This document shows positions 54,087-64,000 of a stretch of DNA of 64,000 bases, piece after piece. The notes below the pieces were generated by a model. That model worked only from the letters and a program-made list of their open reading frames with translations. It was not told the DNA's origin and did not search any database. Source of the DNA: Dehalococcoidia bacterium (GTDB lineage Bacteria > Chloroflexota > Dehalococcoidia > SM23-28-2 > RBG-16-64-32); NCBI GenBank assembly GCA_963665775.2, contig CAXXTF010000002.1, forward strand, positions 128,001-192,000. The letters run 5' to 3'. Position 1 is the stretch's first letter. Each line of letters begins with the position of its first letter. A program made the position numbers and the translations under genes.

Positions 54087-54863
54087 ATGGTACTTCCAGG
54101 GAAGACGGCAATCATAACCGGAGCCGGAACAGGCTTGGGAGCGGGAACTGCCAAGCTCTTTGCCAAAAATGGCGCAAACGTCGTCTTGATAGGGAGGCGG
54201 GCCGCCAAGCTTGAGGAAGTCACGGAATGGATACGGGCCGAGAGAGGTTCGGCGCTGCCCATACCGGGGGACATCACGAAATTGAGAACCGTGCGCTCGC
54301 TCGTTGCCCAAACTATCGCGGAATTTGGAGGCGTCGACATTCTTGTGAACTGCGCTGCCAGGCATCCGAAGTGGAACTATGCCCACAGGGTCAGCCTCCA
54401 GCACTTCGACGAGTCATTTTCAGTCAACTTGCGGGCCCCGTTCATGCTCATCCGTGAGGTAATTCCATCAATGCTGGAGCGAGGCGGAGGTTCGATCATT
54501 AATTATTCGTCCATACTTGGCGTGAGGGGTACAAGATTCGCTGCCGCTTACTGTGCTTCAAAGGCCGGCCTGGTGAACCTGACGCGGGCGGTCGCTCTGG
54601 AATATGCAGACAAAGGAATCCGAGTGAACTGCATCTGCCGGGGCGGGATCCGTCCAGTGGACGGTCCCGTAGACGACCGCCATTACACGCTGGAAGAGCA
54701 GGCGATGCTCGCCGAGGCCGGGAGATCGCGCTCACCGGTGCCCTTGGGTCGCGCCGCGACACCAGACGAGATGGCGCAGACGCTCCTATACCTCGCCGGA
54801 CCGCACTCGGTCCATGTCACCGGTTCAGTGATCAACGCTGATGGCGGATCGAGCGCGGGCTAG
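54087..54863 (+). CDS. SDR oxidoreductase
   Basis: TGAGTGLG, YCASK, IRVNCI. Confidence 0.92.
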   Translation: MVLPGKTAIITGAGTGLGAGTAKLFAKNGANVVLIGRRAAKLEEVTEWIRAERGSALPIPGDITKLRTVRSLVAQTIAEFGGVDILVNCAARHPKWNYAHRVSLQHFDESFSVNLRAPFMLIREVIPSMLERGGGSIINYSSILGVRGTRFAAAYCASKAGLVNLTRAVALEYADKGIRVNCICRGGIRPVDGPVDDRHYTLEEQAMLAEAGRSRSPVPLGRAATPDEMAQTLLYLAGPHSVHVTGSVINADGGSSAG

Positions 54864-54953
54864 CGACGGTCGGCGGTGTAAACTTCACTTCGTCGCTTCA
54901 ACTAGCAGGTCGTCGCGGGAGGGCCCCGGGCGAAGGGTTCGCTGGCTGGTGGT

Positions 54954-55805
54954 TTACAGGGGCTCCCACTTCCGCCGGGAATCCTCCAACCGTAGGCGGC
55001 CCAGCCCTGGATACGCGGCGTGCACGCAGATGAGCAGGGCCCGGCGGTCGATGGCCCGCTCGATGAGCCGTTTTTTCGTCTTCAGGGAGACCAGGGGCAG
55101 CACGTCGAAGGCGGAGATCCAGGCGATGCGCTCCAGCATTACCGGCTGTTGGGCCACCTCTCCCAGGAAGACGGCCAGCTGGCCTGCCGACTCCAACTCA
55201 ACGATGCAGTGATCCCGCGTGTGGCCGGGAGCCGGCACCATGCGCACCCCTTCGATGATCTCCGCCTCCCCCTCCACAAGCTCCACCTGTCGCCTGTCCT
55301 GTAGGGGCTCAAGGTTTTCCGCCAGATAGGTGGTGCGCGTACGCTCGTTAGGATGGCTGGCCGCTTCCCACTCCCCTCGCTGCAGGAAGTAGCGGGCTCG
55401 CGGGAAGGCTGGCACCAGTCGTCCCGCGGTGATGGCCGTGTTCCCCCCGGCGTGATCGAAGTGTAGGTGGCTGTTCACTACGATATCCACATCATCGGGT
55501 CGGATCCCTTCTCGGGCCAGGTTCTCCAGGAGCGCGCCGGAGCCTTCTGTGCCAGCGGCCGCCGGAGTTCGAGTCGTCTTCCTGCCAGCTCCTGTCTCTA
55601 GGAGAACGGTCTTGCCCCCAGAGCGCACGACCAGGCAGTTCAGGCCCAAGGGCAGGCGGTGCTTGTCGTCCAGGTCTGACACGGAGGCCTCCCACATGAC
55701 CCTGGGCGTAAGGCCGAAGACGGCGCCGGCGTCCAGCCGCAGCGTGCCATCGCTCACCACCAACAACTCTAGGTTACCCAGCTGGAACCACTGACTCATT
55801 GGCAT
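54954..55805 (-). CDS. MBL-fold hydrolase (YtnP-like)
   Basis: LDAGAVFG, SHLHFDHAGG, PGHT. Confidence 0.88.
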   Translation of the reverse strand: MPMSQWFQLGNLELLVVSDGTLRLDAGAVFGLTPRVMWEASVSDLDDKHRLPLGLNCLVVRSGGKTVLLETGAGRKTTRTPAAAGTEGSGALLENLAREGIRPDDVDIVVNSHLHFDHAGGNTAITAGRLVPAFPRARYFLQRGEWEAASHPNERTRTTYLAENLEPLQDRRQVELVEGEAEIIEGVRMVPAPGHTRDHCIVELESAGQLAVFLGEVAQQPVMLERIAWISAFDVLPLVSLKTKKRLIERAIDRRALLICVHAAYPGLGRLRLEDSRRKWEPL

Positions 55806-56008
55806 GGGGGAACTAAGGAGGCAAAACCTTCAATGTAACGATTCCGCATCAAGGCGTAGTAGCCCATTGTTCTTATGAGAAAGTCGGGCACGGCAACCAC
55901 GTTCTGGTCCCCAATATAAGCCTCAACCCCGATAGGCCACAACCTTGAACCCGATATGTACAGCGGGGAATCCCACAGATTTCGCCCTCTGCCCGCGGCC
56001 TGCTGCAA

Positions 56009-56370
56009 CTACGAGTCAGCGCTGGTCTCTGGATCAGGATTGTCCCTCGTGTCAAGCTTGTCTTGGACTGAACTGGCGGATCCCTGAATCCCATGCCAGA
56101 AGTCTGCACGGAACTCTAGCTTGAGCGCATCGAGCCCGATGTCTACACCGGTCACGAATTGCAGCGTGGCTGGCAGAATGAAATTCGTGATGCGAACTGG
56201 CCGCCCGAAAATTGGCAGCCAGTGAACGGGATGAAGCTCCTCGGCACATGGGCGCATATAGCGCTGGCGGAGGGGCATCCGCTCAGCGTGTGCCTCAGCC
56301 GACATGGGAGAGTAAGCCAGATCGTATATGTCCTTTACCCCCGTCTCTATGGCCATCGTCCTTGTGTCTT
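56009..56370 (-). pseudogene. C-terminal fragment of a hypothetical protein cut by IS3
   Basis: YDLAYSPMSAEAHAE...EELHPVHWLP abuts the IS end. Confidence 0.5.
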
Positions 56371-57643
56371 TGACCTGCCCCCCTAAACGCTACCACAGGC
56401 TATGTTAGTGTGGCCATCGCCGTAGTCTCCAGGGATGGCGCGGTGGAGCCCGGCCATGGCACGATCGCTTGCGGTGCTGGCGGCCGGTAGCCGAGAGCGC
56501 TATGCGGGCGCACCTCGTTGTAGTTCCGTCGCCACCGCTCGCAGAGGACCTGTGCTTCCAGCACCGTGTCGAACATCTCCCCATTCAATAGTTCATCACG
56601 TAGCTTCCCATTGAACGACTCGATGTAGCCGTTCTCCCAGGGGCTCCCGGGCTCGATATACAGAGTCTGCACGCCTACCCGCTCTAGCCAGGTCCGGAGC
56701 GCACGTGCCGTGAACTCTGGCCCGTTGTCCGAGCGCAGGTAGCGAGGCGTCCCGCGCTCGACGAAGAGCTGGGCCAGCTCTGCCAGCACGTCATCACTGG
56801 TGATCTGCCTCGCCACCTGGATAGCCAGGCACTCCCTTGTGAACTCGTCCAGCACCGTCAAGAGCCGCAGGGGACGGCCGTCGCTGGTGCGGGTAAACAC
56901 GAAGTCGTAGCTCCAGACGTGGTTGGGCTCAGTCGGCCTGAGCCTAACGCAGGAGCCATCGGTCAGCCATAGCCGCCTCCGCTTCGGCTGCTTCGCCGGC
57001 ACCTTCAGCCCTTCCCGCCGCCAGAGCCGCTCTACCCGCTTGTGGTTCACCCGAAAACCCTCCTCTCGCAGCAGGGCGGTCACCCGTCGGTAACCGTAGC
57101 GCCCGTACTCGGTCGCTAGCTCCACCATCCGCCTCAGCAGCCTCCCTTCATCGTCGGGAGGAGAACCCCACCGCCGCTGCGTCGATCGCTCCTGCCCCAG
57201 GGCCTGGCAGGCCCGGCGCTCCGAGATGACCGCGTGGCCCAACGCATTCCGCACCCAGGCCACCGCCTGTCGTCTCTTGGCCGGGCTCAGAAGTTTCCCT
57301 GCGCCGCCTCCTTCAGGATGGCGTTGTCCAGGGAGAGATCGGCTACCAGCTTCTTCAGCCGCAGGTTCTCCTGCTCCAGCTCCCGCAGCCGCTTGGCCTG
57401 CTCCCTCCTCAGGCCGCCCTACTCCTTCCACCAGCGGTAGTAGGTCTGCTCTGCCACGCCCAGCTTCCTGCAGACCTCGGGCACAGCCAGGCCCTTAGCC
57501 AGCCCGACCTCCGCCTCCCTCAACTTGTTGATGATCTCCTCTGCCGTGTGATGCTGCCTGCCCAATCCTTCTGCCCCCTTTCTCTGGTCCAGAACCCCTG
57601 ATTACTAACATTGGGCCTGGACTCGTTTTCGGGGGCAAGGTCA
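56371..57643 (-). mobile_element. IS3-family element, second full copy (1273 bp)
   Basis: Inverted, near-identical copy of 26573-27845; same orfA TAG at 57419-57421. Confidence 0.95.
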
Positions 57644-58061
57644 CGACCTCTCGCGTGAGCTGGGGATCGCTCTCGGAGTGGCCGTCCTTGGCAGCATCGT
57701 CAGCGGCCTATACCGCGGCAACGTCACCGGCGCCGTGGACGGGCTGGTCTCGGCGGAGGAGGCCGGCCAGATCGGTGAGAGCCTCGGCTCCGTCGACGCG
57801 ATCACGGCCGGCCTCTCGCCGGCGGTGGCAGCCGCGGTCAGCAACGCGGTCAACCAGTCGTTTGTGGACGCTCTCAATATCGGGTTCGTCGCGGCGGCGG
57901 GATTCGTGGCCCTGGCGCTCGCAGTGGCGGCGGCCCTCATACCGTGGCGGATGCGGGCAACCCAGGCGGAGCTGTGGAACGCCGACGATGGGGTTGAGCC
58001 TGAGGAGGACCGGTCCGGCGAAGACGCCAGCAGTGAGGACGCCGCCCCGGGCATTGCCTGA
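57644..58061 (+). pseudogene. DHA2-type MFS transporter C-terminal fragment
   Basis: TSRELGIALGVAVLGSI... begins at the IS end. Confidence 0.75.
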
Positions 58062-58197
58062 ATCTAGTGTTCTACCATTGGTAGTGGCGTTGAACCCAAG
58101 CCATGCCATCAGGCGGCCTTTACTCAGGTTTGATGACTCTGTAAGATTCAGTCTTGATAGCGCAGGTGCAGGTCAAGAGGAGAATTAGGAGACCCCC

Positions 58198-58656
58198 ATG
58201 TTACAAGTAGGTCAGAGGGCGCCCGACTTTTCGCTCACGGATCATACGGGCCAACGCGTCAGCTTAACAGATCTCAGGGGAAAAAAAGTCTGGCTTTGGT
58301 TCTTCACTTCTCCGGGAGGCAACAACTGAACCCGTCACAGTCACGGGTACCGTGACCACTATGCCGACTTCCTCGCCAAGGACATAGCGATTTACGGAGT
58401 AAATGACGGCAGCCTGGAAGCCACGCGAGAGTGGGTCCGGAGGGAAGAGCTGCCATTCCCCATTCTCTTGGACCGGGAGCGCTCGCTGGCCACGGCCTAC
58501 GGGATCGCCGAGCCGGGTTCAGAGCGTTACGTCGCTAATAATGCGGAAGGCAGACGTCCTGCAGTTGTCTTGGACGAGGCAGGGATAGTCCTTAAGGTCT
58601 TGCCGGATCTTACTACGGTCGAGGCTCAGCTAGAGACGTTAGCTGACCTCGACTAA
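58198..58656 (+). CDS. BCP/PrxQ-like redoxin, probable selenoprotein (UGA at codon 44)
   Basis: AGGAG RBS; MLQVGQRAPDFSLTD...LRGKKVWLWFFTSPGGNN-U-T...LPFPILLD...RPAVVLDEAG; 152 aa with readthrough. Confidence 0.8.
58340..58356 (+). promoter_or_regulatory. SECIS-like hairpin
   Basis: GTCACGG-GTA-CCGTGAC begins 10 nt after the TGA at 58327-58329. Confidence 0.65.
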
Positions 58657-58780
58657 TCTGTCCCTCAGGGACGATCCCAAGAAGTGGAAATCCGGGAGAC
58701 GTTGGTTCAGATTCCTCAGGGTCCTTCAACTATCCTCACGCATTACGTGGCCGGGCCGGAAAGACCTGCATATACGGATG

Positions 58781-58957
58781 TCATTTTGGCACCTCACAGG
58801 TGTGGAGGTGGGTGCCGTTGTAGAAGCGGAGGTAGTCATGGCGGAAGCGCTCCCACTCTTCTTCCAGGAGGCGGGCAGCGCCGACGCCGCCGGCGAGGAC
58901 GGCGAACTTAGGCCTTTTTTCTGCGGCCGCGCCCCGAGTTCTGGCAGAATCGTTCAC
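58781..58957 (-). pseudogene. CofD-like N-terminal stub
   Basis: KFAVLAGGVGAARLLE followed by unrelated sequence. Confidence 0.5.
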
Positions 58958-59027
58958 AGCACATAAGTAGCCGTCCGGCGGCGGGAGTCAACATCGGCTC
59001 GGCCTCCGGACCAGGGGCAGCTCTAAG

Positions 59028-60731
59028 CCCGAATCCACCGAAGGACGGCCTTGGGGACAGTCCTTGAAGAAGCCATCGGGTGCTCCTCTGAATCTGGGAT
59101 AATGGTTTTGGAACAGAAACCAGCCCGGAAACAAGGAGCACCCAATAGATGCTGCCACAGAACAAACCCGACCGTATCCGCATCCTCTTTGACGACCATC
59201 GCCTGGTGGCCAATGCCGGCCTGCTCCTGCCAGCCACCCTAGCCCGGCACCTGGGCCTGCGGGAACTCGTCGACCATCACCTTGACCTCGGCGGAGCGCT
59301 GGGACGGGCGAACACTGGGGACAAGATGCTGACGCTGGTCGCTTCCGCGCTGGCAGGCGGCGACTGCATCGACGACGCCGATGCGCTGCGCGCTGGTGGG
59401 ACGGTCGGTGTTCTAGGCTGCGTGGTCAAGGCGCCATCCACCCTGGGGACCTTCCTGCGCAGCTTCCGGTGGGGGCATGTCCGTCAACTCGACCGCGTGA
59501 GCCGCCAGTTGTTGGCCCGGGCCTGGGCCGCTGGGGCCGGACCCGGCGACTCGCCCCTGACCATCGACCTGGACTCGACCATCTGCGAGACCTATGGACT
59601 GGCCAAGGAGGGAGCGCGCCACCACGGCTATACCGGCGCCCGCGGCTATCACCCGCTGCTGGCCATTGCCGCCGGCACCGGCGAGGTGCTGATGTCCCGG
59701 CTGCGCGAGGGCCGGGCCAACACCGCCCGTGGCGCCGCCCACTTCCTGCGTGAGACGGTGGGGCGGGTGCGCTACGGCGGGGCCAGGGGACAACTCACGG
59801 TGCGGGCCGACAGCGGCTTCTACGCCCACACTGTCGTTGCCGCCTGCCGGGAAATGGATGTCCGCTTCTCTATCACCATCCGCCAGCGCGCCAGCCTGCG
59901 GGACCTGATCGAGGCGATACCAGAGGAGGACTGGACTCCCATTCCCTACTGGATGGACGGCGCCGCCGATGTCGCCGAGACGACTTACACCCCGTTCCAG
60001 ACCAAGCCGGACGCCGCGCCGGTGCGGCTCATTGTCCGGCGGGTGAAGCCGACGCCCGGTTCCCAGCTCGCCCTCTTCGCCAGATACAGCTATCACGCCT
60101 TCATCACCGACCGCGATGGGGAGACGCTGGAACTGGAGGCTGATCATCGCCGCCACGCCGAGGTCGAGAACGCCATACGCGACCTCAAGTACGGCGTCGG
60201 GCTGAACCACATGCCGTCGGGGCGCTTCGCCGCCAACGGCGCCTGGCTGGCGGTCCAGGTGATGGCGCATAACCTGGCCCGCTGGACAGCCCGCATCGGC
60301 CTGGGTCAGCAGATCGTGACCACCAAGACCCTCAGGCGGCGGGTCTTCGCTCTGGTGGGACGGATCACCCGCTCGGCGCGCCGCCTCACTTTGCATCTCC
60401 CCCGGCGCTGGCCTTGGGAAACCCAGTTCAGTCGCGCCTTGGCCCGGCTGCAAGCCATTCCATTCCCGGCCTGACGGCCAGCCTGCAACTGACCCAACGT
60501 CCCCGCAATCTCGCGCCACCCCGGTCGCGAGAGTCCCCTGCTGCGTATCCTCTCGCCATCCCGCGCATCGCAACTCCCGCATAGGGCCTTAGGGGCCCTG
60601 TGCGGCGACTGAAGACCGTCCGCCGGCCTCCCATCTACCCCAAGACCCCAGGCCATCTCCCCTGTAGCTCCCTCACCCACCCCCTTCCGCTGTCCTCACG
60701 CCGTCCATCCGTGTCCTTCGGTGGATTCGGG
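59028..60731 (+). mobile_element. IS1380-family element, copy 2 (1704 bp)
   Basis: Same IRs as copy 1; target duplication CTAAG. Confidence 0.95.
59149..60474 (+). CDS. IS1380 transposase
   Basis: Protein identical to 29880-31205. Confidence 0.93.
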   Translation: MLPQNKPDRIRILFDDHRLVANAGLLLPATLARHLGLRELVDHHLDLGGALGRANTGDKMLTLVASALAGGDCIDDADALRAGGTVGVLGCVVKAPSTLGTFLRSFRWGHVRQLDRVSRQLLARAWAAGAGPGDSPLTIDLDSTICETYGLAKEGARHHGYTGARGYHPLLAIAAGTGEVLMSRLREGRANTARGAAHFLRETVGRVRYGGARGQLTVRADSGFYAHTVVAACREMDVRFSITIRQRASLRDLIEAIPEEDWTPIPYWMDGAADVAETTYTPFQTKPDAAPVRLIVRRVKPTPGSQLALFARYSYHAFITDRDGETLELEADHRRHAEVENAIRDLKYGVGLNHMPSGRFAANGAWLAVQVMAHNLARWTARIGLGQQIVTTKTLRRRVFALVGRITRSARRLTLHLPRRWPWETQFSRALARLQAIPFPA

Positions 60732-61688
60732 CTAAGGCGTGAGGACGATCTTCCCGAAGAAGCTCGAGCTCTCCATGAGCCGGTGCGCCTCCGCGGTCTG
60801 GGACAGCGGAAAGATGCGATGCACTCTGGGCCGAACAAGGCCCAGCGAGACCAGCCGCAGCATCCCCTGCATGCCTTCCCGGACCATGTGCTCGGTGCGC
60901 GGACCCACGCCCATGATCTGGATGCCCTTCACGAACACCTGCCCCAGATGTAGCTCGACCCGGTGCCCCGCCGTAACGCCGCACGTGACGAACCGGCCGT
61001 ACGGCTTCAGGCTCCTCACGCAGGCCTCCCATACCGGCGCCCCTACGTGTTCGATGATAACGTCGACGCCCTGGCCGGCCGTGTACTCCATGACTCGCCC
61101 AATAATGTCATCCTCATAGTGGTTGATCGTCTCGTCCGCCCCCAGCGCCCGGGCTTCCTCGCGCTTCCCCTCCGTGCCGACGGTGGCGATAACCCGTGCG
61201 CCCGCGGCCTTAGCGATCTGGACGGCATAGTGGCTGACCCCGCTTCCCGCCGCCATTACGAGCACGTCCTCACCAGGCCGGAGGTGCGCCCGCTCCATCA
61301 GCATTGTGTAGGCCGTCTCGCCCGCAGTCGGTAGAGCTCCGCCCTCCTCAAAGGAGCAGTTCTCCGGCAGGGGAAACGTGCTACGCGCCGAGGCCAGGGC
61401 GTACTCGGCGCAACTGCCACGGCCTCCGGCCACTACGCGATCGCCGACCGCAATGCCCTCCACCGCCATCCCGACTTCCACGACCTCGCCAGCGATATCC
61501 CGGCCCGGCACGTGCGGCGGCGTGAACGCCGTACCGTGCGATCCTTCTCTGGTGAATATGTCGAGGCGGTCGAGTGAGGTGGCCCTGACCCGAATTAGCA
61601 CATCGTTGGGGCCCGGTCGGGGGCCAGGCAGGTCATCGTAGATCAGGACGTCCGGCGAACCGGCCTTCACAAAGTAGACAGCTTTCAC
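60732..61688 (-). CDS. MDR-family quinone oxidoreductase-like protein
   Basis: VPGRDIAG, AAGSGV, FGKIVLTP. Confidence 0.9.
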   Translation of the reverse strand: MKAVYFVKAGSPDVLIYDDLPGPRPGPNDVLIRVRATSLDRLDIFTREGSHGTAFTPPHVPGRDIAGEVVEVGMAVEGIAVGDRVVAGGRGSCAEYALASARSTFPLPENCSFEEGGALPTAGETAYTMLMERAHLRPGEDVLVMAAGSGVSHYAVQIAKAAGARVIATVGTEGKREEARALGADETINHYEDDIIGRVMEYTAGQGVDVIIEHVGAPVWEACVRSLKPYGRFVTCGVTAGHRVELHLGQVFVKGIQIMGVGPRTEHMVREGMQGMLRLVSLGLVRPRVHRIFPLSQTAEAHRLMESSSFFGKIVLTP

Positions 61689-62109
61689 GAGAGCCTCCAG
61701 TACTCGGCGCGATCATTGAGAATTTGGATAGCGAGCCCGATGGGCACCACCGCGTCCGTAACGATGAAGTAAGTCAACTGGTGCTTCCTGGCGAGAAACT
61801 TCTCGGTCTGCCTATCAATCCTCAGGTCGTAATTGGTTGGCTGGCCAATGACCGTCAACCTGCTAGGTCGTGCCCCTTGTTTCTGAAGATAGGAAAGAGA
61901 TCGGCCAACTGCGCGTTCATGTCGGGGCCGGCGGCTACAGTTTTGATTATCTCATTAAACTGGGCAAGCCGCTCGTCTCCCCACTCGTCCAATGAGGTAC
62001 CTGTGCCTGAGTATGGGTTGTAATAGGACCGTGCGATGATGATAGTGTCCGGGCCCGCGCCGCTCCTATGAGATCGCTCCGCCACGGGCGCTCCTCAATG
62101 GCGCCGCCG

Positions 62110-62353
62110 TGCTCGGTGCGCGAGCCGACCGAGGTGCAATCGGGCCGCATTGAGGGAGCGATCCACGTGCCGCTGGGTGAGCTGGAAGCAAACCTGGACA
62201 AGCTCACAAAGGAACGTCCCATCGTCGCGCATTGCGCCCACGGCGAGCGCGACGACCGCTGTCTCGATCCTTGAGCGCGCCGGCTTCAGGCCGCTGCTGG
62301 TCCTGAAGGGCGGCTTTGACGGCTGGACGGAGGCTGGCTATCCAGCGGTGTGA
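62110..62353 (+). pseudogene. Rhodanese domain fragment
   Basis: VREPTE..GRIEGA, HCAHGER, LKGGFDGW; frameshifted. Confidence 0.75.
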
Positions 62354-62395
62354 TGCTAGGGTTCAGAAGCCGATGCCCGTTCGCTGGCACGGTGG

Positions 62396-62485
62396 GGCCT
62401 CGGTGACTGCGTAATGCCCTAACGCTGGCCCAACTAGCTCACCGCGTCAACCTTCCCAGATACGGATGAGATTTTGCCCCCCACA
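62396..62485 (-). mobile_element. IS481-like end remnant
   Basis: Inverted homologue of 34705-34797. Confidence 0.7.
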
Positions 62486-63122
62486 GACATCGGCAGCGCG
62501 CTATGAGCTCGTGGTCGTTTCGATATGATCTGGTAGCGGTCGCCGCCGCCGGATTACCGGCGCGGTTCAAGGTCGCCCGAGTTTTCCCGGGTCTGCCTAT
62601 ACCAAGCCTCGAAGTACGATTCGCCATCGGTGATAATTACTGGCGACACCGGCACTGACCCAGCTGTGGCACCCAGTAGGCTCCATCTGCGGAGCCTGGC
62701 CAAGACTCTCAGCATCTTCGCATCTGTTATTCTCTCGTCCATGGCGGCCTCCCCTTGCAGCGGTCTTCCAGCTCGGCTTATGGCCTTCACAATCAAGGAC
62801 GGAATCGGCGCGTGTTTGGTTCCCTGATCATCTAGCCGCACCGTTCACGACGACATCCCGGTGCTCGATCTGCGAAGGCCTCTGGCAGCTCACCGCTCCA
62901 TACGAACACGCTGGTACACTGATTATTTGCCGGACTGTGCCCAGGGCAGCTTGCCGGACAGATGAGTTGTGGTGGCACGCGCGCAGGCGAGCGCGCTAAT
63001 CACGAAGGCCCTCGAGCAAGGGGCAATACCTACCTGCCGCCAGCCTTAATCACTTGGGCGAGTAGTGCGGATGGGGGTTTGGCGTCCCACAGTCAAGAGA
63101 AGGCCGGATTCGGCCTCAAGGG

Positions 63123-63919
63123 TCAGATCGCTTCCTCAGTGGTCAGGTCGAAGGCGTGCGCCCGATCCATATCGAACACCACCTGTATGTCGTGGCCGGG
63201 CCCTGGTCCGGGAGTCCACCCTGGCCAGAAACGGCTCTCCGCCGTCCAGCAGCAGGTGGAGGAATATCTCGTTGCCCATCATCTCCGTAAGGTCCACCTT
63301 GGCGTTCACCTGACCGACGTTATATCCGGCGGCTGGAACTCCTGATCATGGACGTTCTCCGGCCTGATGCCGAACATTACCCGCTTGCCCAGGTAGGGTA
63401 GAAAGCGATCCACCTGACTCTCCGGCAGCTTCAGCTGGCCGCGTCCGTGTTCCAGGTGGATATCCCGGCCGCTACCCCTCACGTCCACCTCGAAGGTGTT
63501 CATTCCGGGGCTGCCGATGAAACCGGCCGCGAACAGGTTCCTGGGATGGCTATAGAGCTCCTGAGGGGTGCCCACCTGCTGGAGGACGCCGTCTTTCATG
63601 AGGGCGATGCGCGTAGCCATGGTCATCGCCTCCACCTGATCGTGGGTGACGTAGATGAAGGTGGTGCCCAGCCTCTCGTGCAGCTTGGTGATCTCCGCTC
63701 TTGTCTGGACGCGGAGCTTGGCGTCCAGGTTGGAGAGCGGCTCGTCGAACAGGAACACGGCGGGCTCGCGTACGATGGCCCGCCCCAGCGCTACGCGCTG
63801 CCGCTGGCCGCCCGATAACTGTCCCGGTTTACGCTTGAAGAGTTCCTCTATGCCCAGGATCTGGGCCGCCTCGGTCACGCGGCGCCGGATCTCGTCCTTC
63901 GGGATCTTTCGAAGCGTGA
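63123..63919 (-). pseudogene. MalK/UgpC-type sugar ABC ATPase, cut 5' by IS3 and frameshifted
   Basis: [39 protein letters not shown]. Confidence 0.85.
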
Positions 63920-64000
63920 TGACCTGCCCCCCTAAACGCTACCACAGGCTATGTTAGTGTGGCCATCGCCGTAGTCTCCAGGGATGGCGCGGTGGAGCCC
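63920..64000 (-). mobile_element. Right end of another copy of the IS3 element; runs off the window
   Basis: Identical to 56371-56451. Confidence 0.95.

Overview
GC-rich bacterial window, probably Chloroflexota/Dehalococcoidia. This is inferred from the cadherin- and dockerin-type surface proteins and the CaiB and CoxL-type paralogues; no rRNA or tRNA is present to confirm it. The region is IS-rich and heavily eroded: IS1202/IS481-like, IS256, IS110, four pieces of one IS3, a second IS3, two IS1380 copies and a small MITE family sit among intact islands (an Aap-type amino-acid ABC operon, CoA-transferases, a molybdoenzyme large subunit, hydrolases, a DM13/NDH-2/membrane-protein cluster, two VapBC loci) and many truncated gene stubs. 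Top observations: (1) an IS110 element whose non-coding left end folds into a bridge-RNA-like structure, with four guide segments matching its own ends and its insertion site, which is the Shine-Dalgarno sequence of a 4xHTH regulator; (2) a peroxiredoxin-like gene missed by the ORF track, with in-frame UGA at the catalytic position and a SECIS-like hairpin; (3) three unrelated secreted proteins sharing a Cys-containing dockerin-like module, one a candidate membrane-anchored scaffold; (4) an NDH-2 fused to a bis-His membrane domain. Many frameshifts may be sequencing or assembly errors. All calls were made by eye, without database searches.
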